A DNA stretch of 64,000 nt from Roseibacillus sp. (lineage in GTDB: Bacteria > Verrucomicrobiota > Verrucomicrobiia > Verrucomicrobiales > Akkermansiaceae): assembly GCA_051251855.1 (NCBI GenBank), contig JBPOGI010000001.1:1696001-1760000 (forward strand). The letters run 5' to 3'. The notes beneath the pieces were generated by a model. It saw only the letters and a program-made list of their open reading frames with translations. It was not told where the DNA came from and did no database searches. The translations under genes and the position numbers were made by a program. Positions 30,501 to 38,512 of the stretch are shown here, one piece after another; the first letter of the stretch is position 1; each line of letters starts with the position of its first letter.

Positions 30501-30859
30501 TATTCTCCCGCTCCCGAGAAAACGAGGTCATCTGAATAAGAGCCGAGCACGACATCATCAGCGGTTCCTACGGCTTCATCCGCACCAAGGTCAGTAAAGG
30601 TCACTGTCGCTTCCGTTGCCGCTGTTCCAGACCCCGACGATGCCCATGCCAACCCCGTCAAGTTCACCATCGCACCTGTAGTCCAATATCCGGTGACCGT
30701 GCGATTGAAGTTGGAGGTTGTATTGTCACTTCCGCCTGTAGCGGCATCATCAAAGAAGAAGTCAGGGCCTAACAAGGCAGTGGCATCACCAGACACAATG
30801 TCGGCAGCCCCCGCCATCGTTAAAGAACCCGCGAGGGCGACGAGACAAAGTTTTTTCAC
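27509..30859 (-). CDS. Modular secreted formylglycine-dependent (S1) sulfatase
   Basis: PNIIFIFSDDQG, CHPSR, GKWHLG, AVHGP, TDNGG, KG...EG.IRVP; N-terminal unnamed domain and beta-helix-like repeats. Confidence 0.9.
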   Translation of the reverse strand: MKKLCLVALAGSLTMAGAADIVSGDATALLGPDFFFDDAATGGSDNTTSNFNRTVTGYWTTGAMVNLTGLAWASSGSGTAATEATVTFTDLGADEAVGTADDVVLGSYSDDLVFSGAGEYLWIFDNNLSFTAGGGSLRISITSNGNIRRKTSPSGSTGQGAVKLSLAGSSSGGETPPVSNTATASGFWDEISWEVPGGTASGDLGDEDQVLVGEYRRVAYRGIPADERVGVLNLGIDGTADGQGTLVVESGTLNVGGDLVVGRNVSANDSFVEVNGGTLSVEGNANFGTSVESCDGSVTIAGGAFEVAGDLTMGAFERGGSMMRFHNPGGSPAVVAEGALILNRCALDLTFDAGYTHIVGSTISLIRYGSRDGQFGNARNGQEFSWGPNRFRVDYDVPTSGQFEIVLTALENWSTVSTPPNIIFIFSDDQGYSDIQLNGHPTWAAKYPMPELQQIATKGARFTDAYAIAGVCHPSRCGILSGIHQQRIGTDNNLSGASHNGLTVGVQTIPRRLQGLGYRTYGVGKWHLGDTVEYHPNVRGFDRWYGMWSGSRSYYNNSDESRIFQDQMTPVFSDEDGSYLTDRIGDSSVDFIDEHLQNHAGQPFYIYMSFTAVHGPMDIQSADARFARLQNEFGLTAADYLNSPRVFANSNQATVDANRYELAAMTLALDENIGKVVDKVEAEGLTNNTIFVYMTDNGGAEWVTGFGGNYSYNLPLKGKKSGSMQEGSIRVPCAIQWTGGMPGNQVIDTPVSSLDFMATFVNAGGAPAVARNGLDGLDLMPLLNGGEALPDERVIPFRASGSTGGGSALRKGKWKLFNSDPGFNPVLYDLESDIGETTNVAGANPDVFEELKERFLAWDARTTVPLYGSGGVELDAGLERTAIPGGYRLRTNSSSPVFLSGPFRETQSMTVDWDFNFFLRATEENNAGHAKLVYAIGDSSSRSNLIQAVVDFGNNEVSLMEGKTGGSQSLPLIALPEDFSLGSFSFDASTSVLSFTLGEQTLSLSLTGSYASGLSHFAVGASAMEGELTSLRPGEVGFSGSMLDFFSQSTGLLGLSLDMSAEGPFSPTPERATNLEDFNQDDSVLVESLGGGRYRLSIEPDLNEEREFFRMRFNQR

Positions 30860-30869
30860 GAGGACAAGA

Positions 30870-31577
30870 TTAACGGCGGCGGCGTAGAAGTGACAAAAGA
30901 CCCATTCCGCCCAACAAAGCCACCGTCGGCTCGGGAACAGGAGTCACTAGGCCTGCAACACTCAAACTCATCTGATAACCAGTTCTCGTGTTGCCATTGC
31001 CAGTATTCTCGGCCTCGGCACCAGTACCAGTAGGACCAGTCTTTAAGCGAAGAGCTGCCGTATTCGCGATACTGAAACCAAAGCCATTGGAATCTGCGAC
31101 CCAAGAAATCGGAGTATCAAAGTTGACGTAGTATTCGTCGACGCCTGCGGCCTCGCTTGCAAAAGTCGTTGCGACCGAACCGAAGATGGTAGAATCGCCG
31201 GTATCGTAGTCGTCATTAATACCTAAGCTCCGAAACGAAATGGTCATGGTTCCGTTCTGGGTATTATTGGTTGCGTTATTATTGTTGGACCAAAAAGGCA
31301 ACGCGACCCCCGTAATCTCTACGGTATCACCAATTGTCCAATTCCCCCCGCTTTGAACTTCCCAAATGTGGGCAGAAGCATTTCCTCCGTCAAACCGCAG
31401 ATCGTTACCGCCGGAAGTGGCCAGGTCCATGAACAGAGTCTCACCCGATGGTGCGAGGTCAGCACTACCAATCGTATAACCTTTGACCCAAGTCGCTGAT
31501 TGGACACTCCCTGCCGCGAGGCCAAAAAGAAGGAGAGAGAGATTTTGAGGTTTTTTGTAAATGAATGCCATCATCAC
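30870..31577 (-). CDS. PEP-CTERM sorting domain protein
   Basis: Ends VPEPTVALLGGMGLLSLLRRRR; signal peptide. Confidence 0.93.
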   Translation of the reverse strand: MMMAFIYKKPQNLSLLLFGLAAGSVQSATWVKGYTIGSADLAPSGETLFMDLATSGGNDLRFDGGNASAHIWEVQSGGNWTIGDTVEITGVALPFWSNNNNATNNTQNGTMTISFRSLGINDDYDTGDSTIFGSVATTFASEAAGVDEYYVNFDTPISWVADSNGFGFSIANTAALRLKTGPTGTGAEAENTGNGNTRTGYQMSLSVAGLVTPVPEPTVALLGGMGLLSLLRRRR

Positions 31578-31581
31578 CTAC

Positions 31582-31607
31582 CTACAGAACCTCATAGAGA
31601 AACGTTA
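31582..31607 (-). promoter_or_regulatory. Putative ECF promoter TAACG-N16-TGTAG (PEP-CTERM operon)
   Basis: Identical bipartite motif and spacing also upstream of the sigma gene. Confidence 0.65.
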
Positions 31608-31634
31608 ACCGCAAAAATCTCTTTTTGCCAAAAA

Positions 31635-33161
31635 TCAATTTTCCAGGTCCAATCCTGAGTCGGCTAACCGCCCTTCATAGAGAGCGCAAACCCCAATACT
31701 ATCGACGATTCCTTCCGCAATAATCACCTCATCAATGAGGCCGGCAAAGCTCGCCAACTCCCAAGGAGATTCTTCAATCGCTCGCATAAAGCGTCCAATC
31801 ATCAAAGGCTCGGAACCCGGATCTGTCGTGACCGTATTGAAGGTGTCGAGACTCGCCATCTTTCCATCCATGGGAACCCGTGGCGTCATTTCCTCCGGCA
31901 CACCATCAATATAGAGCTGCGTCACAGGCCAAGCCCCCTTCTTGTAATCCCCCGTAACAATGACGACATGATGCCAGGAACCTCCATCTAATACACTGAC
32001 CCCTTCCAACCAACGACGTCCCGAAACCATTCGTAATCGTCCCTCTTTACCTAGTCGGAGCCCAAAAAAGGACATTCGGTCGTTACCGGCGGCTAGCCCC
32101 CAACCCAATATCGGATTCGCTCGCCCACCTTTCGAAGTCTTAAACCAAAAAGAAACAGTACGCGCTTGTGAGCCTGAAATCCCAGGCCAGTTCGCACGGG
32201 CATGGGTTTTCTTACCATCGAACAAAAGCCCCTTACCAAAGCGACCCTCGACCAACTGAGGACTATATGGATCGTCCATCACCAACTGAACACTATCTCG
32301 ACTCGCAATCGAGCCAGAACAACGACCAGCTTCCTCGTTTTCTGTATCAAAGGACAACAATAGCGCCGGAATTCCGCTTCCTAAAGAAGAAGGAAACCGT
32401 TCCTGATCGATAGGGATGGGAGTCATAAGCCCTTCCTCGGCTAAGACCATTGCTTGTCCTCCCTCCACTCTCGTTTCTTCACGGTTGCCGCTTCGCCCTT
32501 GCCCAATCACCAGACCACTGAGAACGTGAACTTCCGGCGTCAGATTAGTAGCATCAACTCCGAAAGAGGTGCCTAGGTCAGTTAACTCGAGATCTCCGGA
32601 TATTACTTGAAAACCTCGCGCCTGCTTTTCGACGTCGAAGCGAGCTCTCCCCCCCTTTAGGTGGACGAGTCCCTTTTTCTCGAGAGAAAGCTCAGCAGGA
32701 GCCTCTATCAGACAACGCACTCCTTCGAAAAATTGAATCTCAACCGTGCCCTGCACGACTCGAAGGGTAGCCCCCTTCTCAAGTTGGCCCGCCTTACGAC
32801 TGCCCTCCGCGGGTCCGCTCACCGCGATGAGGCCATGTGGAGAAACCGTCATCTCAGCTAAGATTGGTTGGCGTGATGGGCTCAAATGAAAGAACAAAGC
32901 CAACCCGAAACTCAGCATCAACAAGGCGGCTGCAGCCAACATCCAACTTCGTTTCGACCGATGAGCCACTGGACCCATGCTCGCTAGCGGCACCGAAACC
33001 GAAACTTCACGCAGTGTTTGCTCAAAATCAGCCTCGTCACAGAAGCGCTTCAAGAGCTTATCATCGGAATGCAACAACTCCTTAAGCTCTTCGATTTCTC
33101 CTTCTTTCAGCGTTCCACTAAAATAGGCTGAAGCGAGTTCTTCTAAGCGTGCCATCATCAT
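31635..33161 (-). CDS. FecR-like anti-sigma factor with LamG domain
   Basis: N-terminal helical domain, TM (WMLAAAALLML), FecR (IEAPA, GFQV...DLGTSFGV), LamG (WHHV, GLIDEV); overlaps sigma stop. Confidence 0.85.
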   Translation of the reverse strand: MMMARLEELASAYFSGTLKEGEIEELKELLHSDDKLLKRFCDEADFEQTLREVSVSVPLASMGPVAHRSKRSWMLAAAALLMLSFGLALFFHLSPSRQPILAEMTVSPHGLIAVSGPAEGSRKAGQLEKGATLRVVQGTVEIQFFEGVRCLIEAPAELSLEKKGLVHLKGGRARFDVEKQARGFQVISGDLELTDLGTSFGVDATNLTPEVHVLSGLVIGQGRSGNREETRVEGGQAMVLAEEGLMTPIPIDQERFPSSLGSGIPALLLSFDTENEEAGRCSGSIASRDSVQLVMDDPYSPQLVEGRFGKGLLFDGKKTHARANWPGISGSQARTVSFWFKTSKGGRANPILGWGLAAGNDRMSFFGLRLGKEGRLRMVSGRRWLEGVSVLDGGSWHHVVIVTGDYKKGAWPVTQLYIDGVPEEMTPRVPMDGKMASLDTFNTVTTDPGSEPLMIGRFMRAIEESPWELASFAGLIDEVIIAEGIVDSIGVCALYEGRLADSGLDLEN

Positions 33162-33724
33162 TGATCCCTCCTCTGTTTGCGTTCAATGCACTGCCGCAAG
33201 GTAGCTCTTAGTCTATGGAAAGACACTCGCAAACCGCCCTCACTTCGCTCCCACTTAAGAGAGCACTCGATGAGTGACATTCCCAGCCCGTATCGGTCGT
33301 AAATGAGGGAGCGATTCTTCGCTGACAGCTCTTGTAAACAGTCGACCAAATCCTCCTCATGGTCCTGCCAATGACTCTCCGTGCGTTGAGAGAGCTCTTC
33401 CTCCACCAGAACAGCCAGCTCCGAATCAAACAGAAGCCAAGAACTCCGCTTCTTCTCTTTTAGATAGGCCAAAGATTCCCAGCGAGCGATTGAGAAGGCC
33501 CAAGCCTTAAAATTCGTTCCCAACTCAAACTTCTCTCGCTTGCGCCAAATCACCAGATTGACCCGCTGCAGGATATCCTCCACTTCTCCGCCAGTTGGGA
33601 CCAAACTCCTCAAAAAAGCCTGCAAACTCGATTGATGGCTCGCAATGAGAGCCATCACCTCCTCATCCCCTTCGCAGGAGGGATCCACACTTGTCGGATC
33701 CAGAACTTTTAAAGAACCGCTCAT
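33158..33724 (-). CDS. ECF sigma-70 factor (Rhodopirellula/Verrucomicrobium type)
   Basis: EDILQRVNLVIWRKREKFELGTNFKAWA; region 4 L...RY...LR..LRQCIE. Confidence 0.92.
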   Translation of the reverse strand: MSGSLKVLDPTSVDPSCEGDEEVMALIASHQSSLQAFLRSLVPTGGEVEDILQRVNLVIWRKREKFELGTNFKAWAFSIARWESLAYLKEKKRSSWLLFDSELAVLVEEELSQRTESHWQDHEEDLVDCLQELSAKNRSLIYDRYGLGMSLIECSLKWERSEGGLRVSFHRLRATLRQCIERKQRRDQ

Positions 33725-33735
33725 CTATCACCGTT

Positions 33736-33761
33736 CTACAGTAACTCACCCCACTCCGTTA
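33736..33761 (-). promoter_or_regulatory. Putative autoregulatory ECF promoter TAACG-N16-TGTAG
   Basis: Matches motif at 31582-31607. Confidence 0.65.
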
Positions 33762-33891
33762 GCATCAAAATGATGCGATACTCAGAATGCGGCGATAAAA
33801 CACTCTCGACCAGCGACGGCCTTCTCTTCACAGTGGTCGCGTTAAAGATAGTCCTCATCTGCACGATTTAAGGACCTAGCCACTCAAAGCC

Positions 33892-34902
33892 ATGCCACCC
33901 GATCGCCGCTCCTTCCTCAAGACACTCGCAGCCTCCGCCGTAGCGCTCCCCCATCTCAATGCGGAGGAGACTTCAGACAAACTCGGTAAAATCCTCCCCA
34001 CTCGACCTCTCGGACGCACCGGCGAATCCATCTCGGCCTTCTCGCTTGGCGGAGCACACGTCGTGCGCGCCGAAAACGAAGCCACCTCCGAGCAAATCAT
34101 CGAAACCGCTATCGAGTGCGGAGTCCGCTCCTTCGATCAGGCGCAAAAGTATGGCAACGGCGAATCCGAAGTTCTCTACGGGAAATACCTCACCCCCAAA
34201 TACCGGGACCACGTTTACCTGACAACCAAGACCCACGCCAAAACGAGCGCAACCGCTCGCAAGGAACTGGAGACCTCACTCCGTAGCATGAAAACGGACC
34301 ATCTCGACCTTTGGCAAATTCACTCCATCACCAGCGCCGCTGATGTCGACAGGCGATGGGAAGGTGGCGTCATCGACGAATTTCTTAAAGCCCGCGAGGA
34401 AGGTCTGGTGCGTCATATCGGTTTCACCGGTCATCGCTCGCCTTCTGCACACCTGCACCTCATCAAACGCCTCCGCGAAGCCAACCTCCTTTTCGACACC
34501 TGCCTCATGCCGATGAACCTAGTCGATCCGCATTGGGACTCATTCATCGTGCAGGTTCTCCCCGAGCTGCTCAAAGACAACTACGGCATCTTTGCGATGA
34601 AAACCCTCGCCCATGGCAACATGCTCGGCGCTGAGCCCAACAACAAAAAGACCCCTGACATCGAAGGAGTCGGCACCATCGTTGACTCTGGCCTCACGGT
34701 GAAGGACATGCATCACTACATTTACTCCCTCCCCATCACATCCCTCATCTCCGGTTGCCTCAAGCCCCATGAGGTCAAGGAGAACACCACGACCCTGCGC
34801 AATTACCGCAAACTCGATATCGAAGAGCGCGACAAGCTCCTCGCCCGCGCCAAACCCTTTGCGGGTAACCAAATGGAATATTACAAGGGCAAGCCCATCT
34901 AG
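33892..34902 (+). CDS. Aldo/keto reductase with Tat signal
   Basis: RRSFLK; LGRTG, D.A..YG, SL..MKTDHLDLWQIH, IGFTGH. Confidence 0.88.
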   Translation: MPPDRRSFLKTLAASAVALPHLNAEETSDKLGKILPTRPLGRTGESISAFSLGGAHVVRAENEATSEQIIETAIECGVRSFDQAQKYGNGESEVLYGKYLTPKYRDHVYLTTKTHAKTSATARKELETSLRSMKTDHLDLWQIHSITSAADVDRRWEGGVIDEFLKAREEGLVRHIGFTGHRSPSAHLHLIKRLREANLLFDTCLMPMNLVDPHWDSFIVQVLPELLKDNYGIFAMKTLAHGNMLGAEPNNKKTPDIEGVGTIVDSGLTVKDMHHYIYSLPITSLISGCLKPHEVKENTTTLRNYRKLDIEERDKLLARAKPFAGNQMEYYKGKPI

Positions 34903-34988
34903 TATTCCTGCTATTCAAAAACAAAAAATCGAGCTCAATTCTTCGGTAGATTCGGAAGAACAATTGAGCCGCGTCACCATCGACAGGC

Positions 34989-35017
34989 TTGCCTCTTAGC
35001 TATTTTTTCATTAATGT
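34989..35017 (+). promoter_or_regulatory. Putative sigma70 promoter of NlpC/P60 gene
   Basis: TTGCCT-N17-TAATGT, 6 nt before ATG. Confidence 0.55.
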
Positions 35018-35023
35018 TTCTTA

Positions 35024-35545
35024 ATGAAAATAATTGCTCTCTTGCTCCTCACCAGCTTCGCCCTCATGAGCTGTGGTGGCTCCCAAAAGTGGGCCAAAGG
35101 TACCGTTGAGCACGAAAAAAAGTTCATGCGTTCGGTCAACCTCAAGCAAAACGGGGAAGCGCGCGCACCACTCTTTGCACCTAAGAAAGTCAAACTCGCG
35201 GTCGCAGCAGCCAACCGCCTCCTCGACAAGCCCTACAAATACGGCGGCGGGCATGCCGTGCTCAATGACTCGGGCTACGATTGTAGCGGCTCCACGAGCT
35301 ACGTCCTCCGTGAGGCCGGCCTCCTCCAAGGCCATCTCACTTCCAACGGATTCTTCAACTATGGAAAAAAGGGAAAGGGTGACTGGATCACAGTCTATGT
35401 CCGTCGGGGCCACGCCTTCATGGTGATTGGAGGTCTCCGCTTCGACACCGGCGGTAGTGGAGGCAATGGAGAAAGCGGCCCTCGCTGGAAACCTCAGCCT
35501 CGCAGAGTCGACGGCCACGCCATGCGCCATCCCCGCGGGCTATAA
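35024..35545 (+). CDS. NlpC/P60 peptidoglycan endopeptidase lipoprotein
   Basis: Lipobox LMSC; PYKYGGGH, YDCSG, GH..M. Confidence 0.85.
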   Translation: MKIIALLLLTSFALMSCGGSQKWAKGTVEHEKKFMRSVNLKQNGEARAPLFAPKKVKLAVAAANRLLDKPYKYGGGHAVLNDSGYDCSGSTSYVLREAGLLQGHLTSNGFFNYGKKGKGDWITVYVRRGHAFMVIGGLRFDTGGSGGNGESGPRWKPQPRRVDGHAMRHPRGL

Positions 35546-35611
35546 ACGCCAAAAAGGGAAGGAAACCGAATCGTAGCGCGGGTTACCCTCTAAACAGGTA
35601 GGTGACAAGAG

Positions 35612-38491
35612 GTGAGTCTCGGTCAATACTTGGAGAGTAGATTTAGGAGAATTTATACCCCTGCTCCAGCTCTACCTCAAAAAAACCACCCCATTTTGAA
35701 CCAACTCTTACTTCTGTTTGCGAGCTTCTTGATGATGAGCATAGCTCTCTCTCAAGATAAGTCCGACGACCTCTTGCTCGTCTCTGTAGGGGAAAGCTCG
35801 AACCGTTATTCTGAAGTGGCGCTTCATCTGCAGGGACTCTTCGCTGGCACGCCTGGAATGAGCGAAGTTCAAATCGATATCCATGAGGACTCAAATATCG
35901 AATCTCTCGCCGATGGTTACTACGACAAGAACCCGGAGGACATCGCGCTGCGTGCCAAAGCCGCCGAAGGTTACGGCAACGTCATTCTCATTCCTACGAT
36001 CCACACCACTCCGACCGGCACCATCGAATACTCTGAGTTTGGTGGCGGGCCCGCCAACGTCTACGACGATGCTCCGCTCGACAACGAATACTTCGCCCCA
36101 GAGGTATTCTACGAAGGTTGCACCCAGCTTTCGAAAATCATTCTTAGCGGCGGCAGCAAGCCCATGGTTTTCCTCCCGCTGAATTCTGATGAAAATCTGT
36201 CAGACTACGGCCCCGTAATGTATCGCGTGGCTAATGGAGTCGGGATGGAACTCGTTCCTGGAGCCTATGCAGTCGATGCGGCAACCAGCCCCACTCAGGC
36301 CGAGCAGCACTACCTTTATGCCTGCACCCTCTTTTCTCATCTCACTGGTCTCAACGCTACGACCTCAAGTTACAGTCCTTCGGGCATCTCCAGTGAAGAC
36401 GCCACAACCTTCGCGAACACGGCCGAAACGGCTGTCACCCTCAATCGCACGACCTCTCACTATAGCACCAGTTACGAAAACGATGGCGCCGTTGTCTACC
36501 GAAGCCTCGATGTCACGAGCGCTCCCTTCAACAATACCGTTCGATACATGTATAAAGGCTCGAGCACACAAGACTGGACTTCGGACGCTCTCGACAAAAT
36601 TATCGGGAGCAACCCTCCCACAACTGTCGCAAGTCGCAAGCTAGGCACTCGAAACGGCGTTTACTCTCCAGGAGTGCGATATTGGCATCCCGACGACATT
36701 GCCGACCAAGGCTTCAAGTTTGCCTTGGAACCAAACCAAGCCGCCTTGATGTATGTCTCTGGGTCTTGGGCTGGAGCCGGAGCGCAAGAGACGATCGACA
36801 TGACTCAGGCAAACATGATCCCCTTTGCTTTCGACTGGATTAAGTCCTTCGCAATTTCCCCCGCGGTCAGTGGCACCGCCTCGACAGTCGACGCCCTCGA
36901 TTATCACAGTTGCGTGGAGCTCTACTTCAACTACGCCGAGCGAGGCTGGAAACTCATTCCCTTAACGATTGGGATGGGCCGTATCAATGAAGCAGTCCCC
37001 AACTTCGTTGCTTCCGACGATGCCCTACACTCGTCAGACCCACTCGTCTACATGAACGCTTACATGATGCTCAGCTCCGCACTGGGCACACAGTTCCCTC
37101 TCCCAGCCACCATTGACCCCGCCGACATCCATCGCGGCTCCTACACCACTGAGCAAATTCACGAGGCCTGCCTCATCGGCCACGAGCTCATCAAGGAACT
37201 CGCTCACCTTTCTGAGACAGGCGACTTCGTGCCCGACACCGATCTCGAAATTCTTACCGACGAACTGCCAGAGGTGCCACTCGACGTGCCCTTCACCCAT
37301 CAATTGTCCGCCAGCGGTGGAGACTCTCACTACACTTGGGCACTCGCGGCTGAGACCTCTCTCCCACTAGGGCTCACCTTATCTAACACCGGCCTCATCT
37401 CTGGCACTGTAACAGGAGGATACGGCACCAGTGGCGTAGCCTTCCAAATAGCCGATGGCACAGGAGCCTTTCGAAAAGTGGGCTTAAAGCTAGCCACCCC
37501 TTTCCCTGCTAGAGGCATCACCTCCAACGTCAACATCTTTGCCGCTGCGGACACCAACTACGGGACAGACACCGTGGCGACGATGTATTCTGCGATGCAA
37601 ACCGCCCCCGATGGCTTGGCGACCTTTCGCATCGCCATTAACATAGACCCGATGGCGGGAACCTCTATCACAAGCCAAGCTCAAGGTCTTTGGGGCATCA
37701 ATTCTGGCGAAGGTCCTAGTGGATGGTGGACCACCTTCGATGGCAGCCTTTCTCAATCAGTTGACTCCATCTCGAACATCCACATTACCGACTTCAATGC
37801 CAATGGAGGAAATCTCACCCTAAGCGATTTCACCGACCTCTCCTTCACTTCAATCACGGTGCGCAATGGAGCGAACACAGCCGACCGAGTGAAAGTCGTC
37901 GCGGAAGGATTGGCGAACAACCCGAACGGACTCAGAATGGCAAGCGACCCCGCAACAATCGATTTACTTACCGTTGCGGGGACTCGCCCCATTTCCAGCT
38001 TCACCATTGCTAACGGCAACATTGGCAACAGCAAGGACCGCTGGAACATCGAAAGTATCGCCGTCGAATTCACGGTTCAGTCAACCACTGTTGAAGACTA
38101 CGCATCTTGGGTGGCCAGCTATGGCCTTGCCGGCAACGACGCTTTACTGGATGCCGACACTGACGATGACAACTATGACAATCTCATCGAATACGCCCTC
38201 GGCATGAATCCGACGCAAGCGGATGCGAGTTCAAAAGAGACCTATTTCACTGAGGAAGATAATGGAGCCGTCTCCTTCGTTTATGAGTATGAGCGCCGCA
38301 CCGACTACTTTGAGCGAGGACTCAGCTACACCTTGATCGAAACTCAAGACTTAATCACTTCCGCGACCGGCGCCCCCACTCAGGTCACTGTTGGCGACCC
38401 AATCGACGGCTTCGAGACCGTCACCACTCACTACCTCATTGGCGACCCCATCAAATTCATTCAGCTAGAAGTCACACTGACTTCTCAGTAG
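35612..38491 (+). CDS. Secreted modular protein: SGNH-like N-region, putative Ig domain, C-terminal tail domain
   Basis: DDALH catalytic-like motif; LPLGLTLSNTGLISGT (He_PIG-like); DADTDDDNYDNLIEYALG; true start may be TTG ~35696. Confidence 0.7.
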   Translation: MSLGQYLESRFRRIYTPAPALPQKNHPILNQLLLLFASFLMMSIALSQDKSDDLLLVSVGESSNRYSEVALHLQGLFAGTPGMSEVQIDIHEDSNIESLADGYYDKNPEDIALRAKAAEGYGNVILIPTIHTTPTGTIEYSEFGGGPANVYDDAPLDNEYFAPEVFYEGCTQLSKIILSGGSKPMVFLPLNSDENLSDYGPVMYRVANGVGMELVPGAYAVDAATSPTQAEQHYLYACTLFSHLTGLNATTSSYSPSGISSEDATTFANTAETAVTLNRTTSHYSTSYENDGAVVYRSLDVTSAPFNNTVRYMYKGSSTQDWTSDALDKIIGSNPPTTVASRKLGTRNGVYSPGVRYWHPDDIADQGFKFALEPNQAALMYVSGSWAGAGAQETIDMTQANMIPFAFDWIKSFAISPAVSGTASTVDALDYHSCVELYFNYAERGWKLIPLTIGMGRINEAVPNFVASDDALHSSDPLVYMNAYMMLSSALGTQFPLPATIDPADIHRGSYTTEQIHEACLIGHELIKELAHLSETGDFVPDTDLEILTDELPEVPLDVPFTHQLSASGGDSHYTWALAAETSLPLGLTLSNTGLISGTVTGGYGTSGVAFQIADGTGAFRKVGLKLATPFPARGITSNVNIFAAADTNYGTDTVATMYSAMQTAPDGLATFRIAINIDPMAGTSITSQAQGLWGINSGEGPSGWWTTFDGSLSQSVDSISNIHITDFNANGGNLTLSDFTDLSFTSITVRNGANTADRVKVVAEGLANNPNGLRMASDPATIDLLTVAGTRPISSFTIANGNIGNSKDRWNIESIAVEFTVQSTTVEDYASWVASYGLAGNDALLDADTDDDNYDNLIEYALGMNPTQADASSKETYFTEEDNGAVSFVYEYERRTDYFERGLSYTLIETQDLITSATGAPTQVTVGDPIDGFETVTTHYLIGDPIKFIQLEVTLTSQ

Positions 38492-38512
38492 AAAGGTTCC
38501 ATCAATTTTCAA

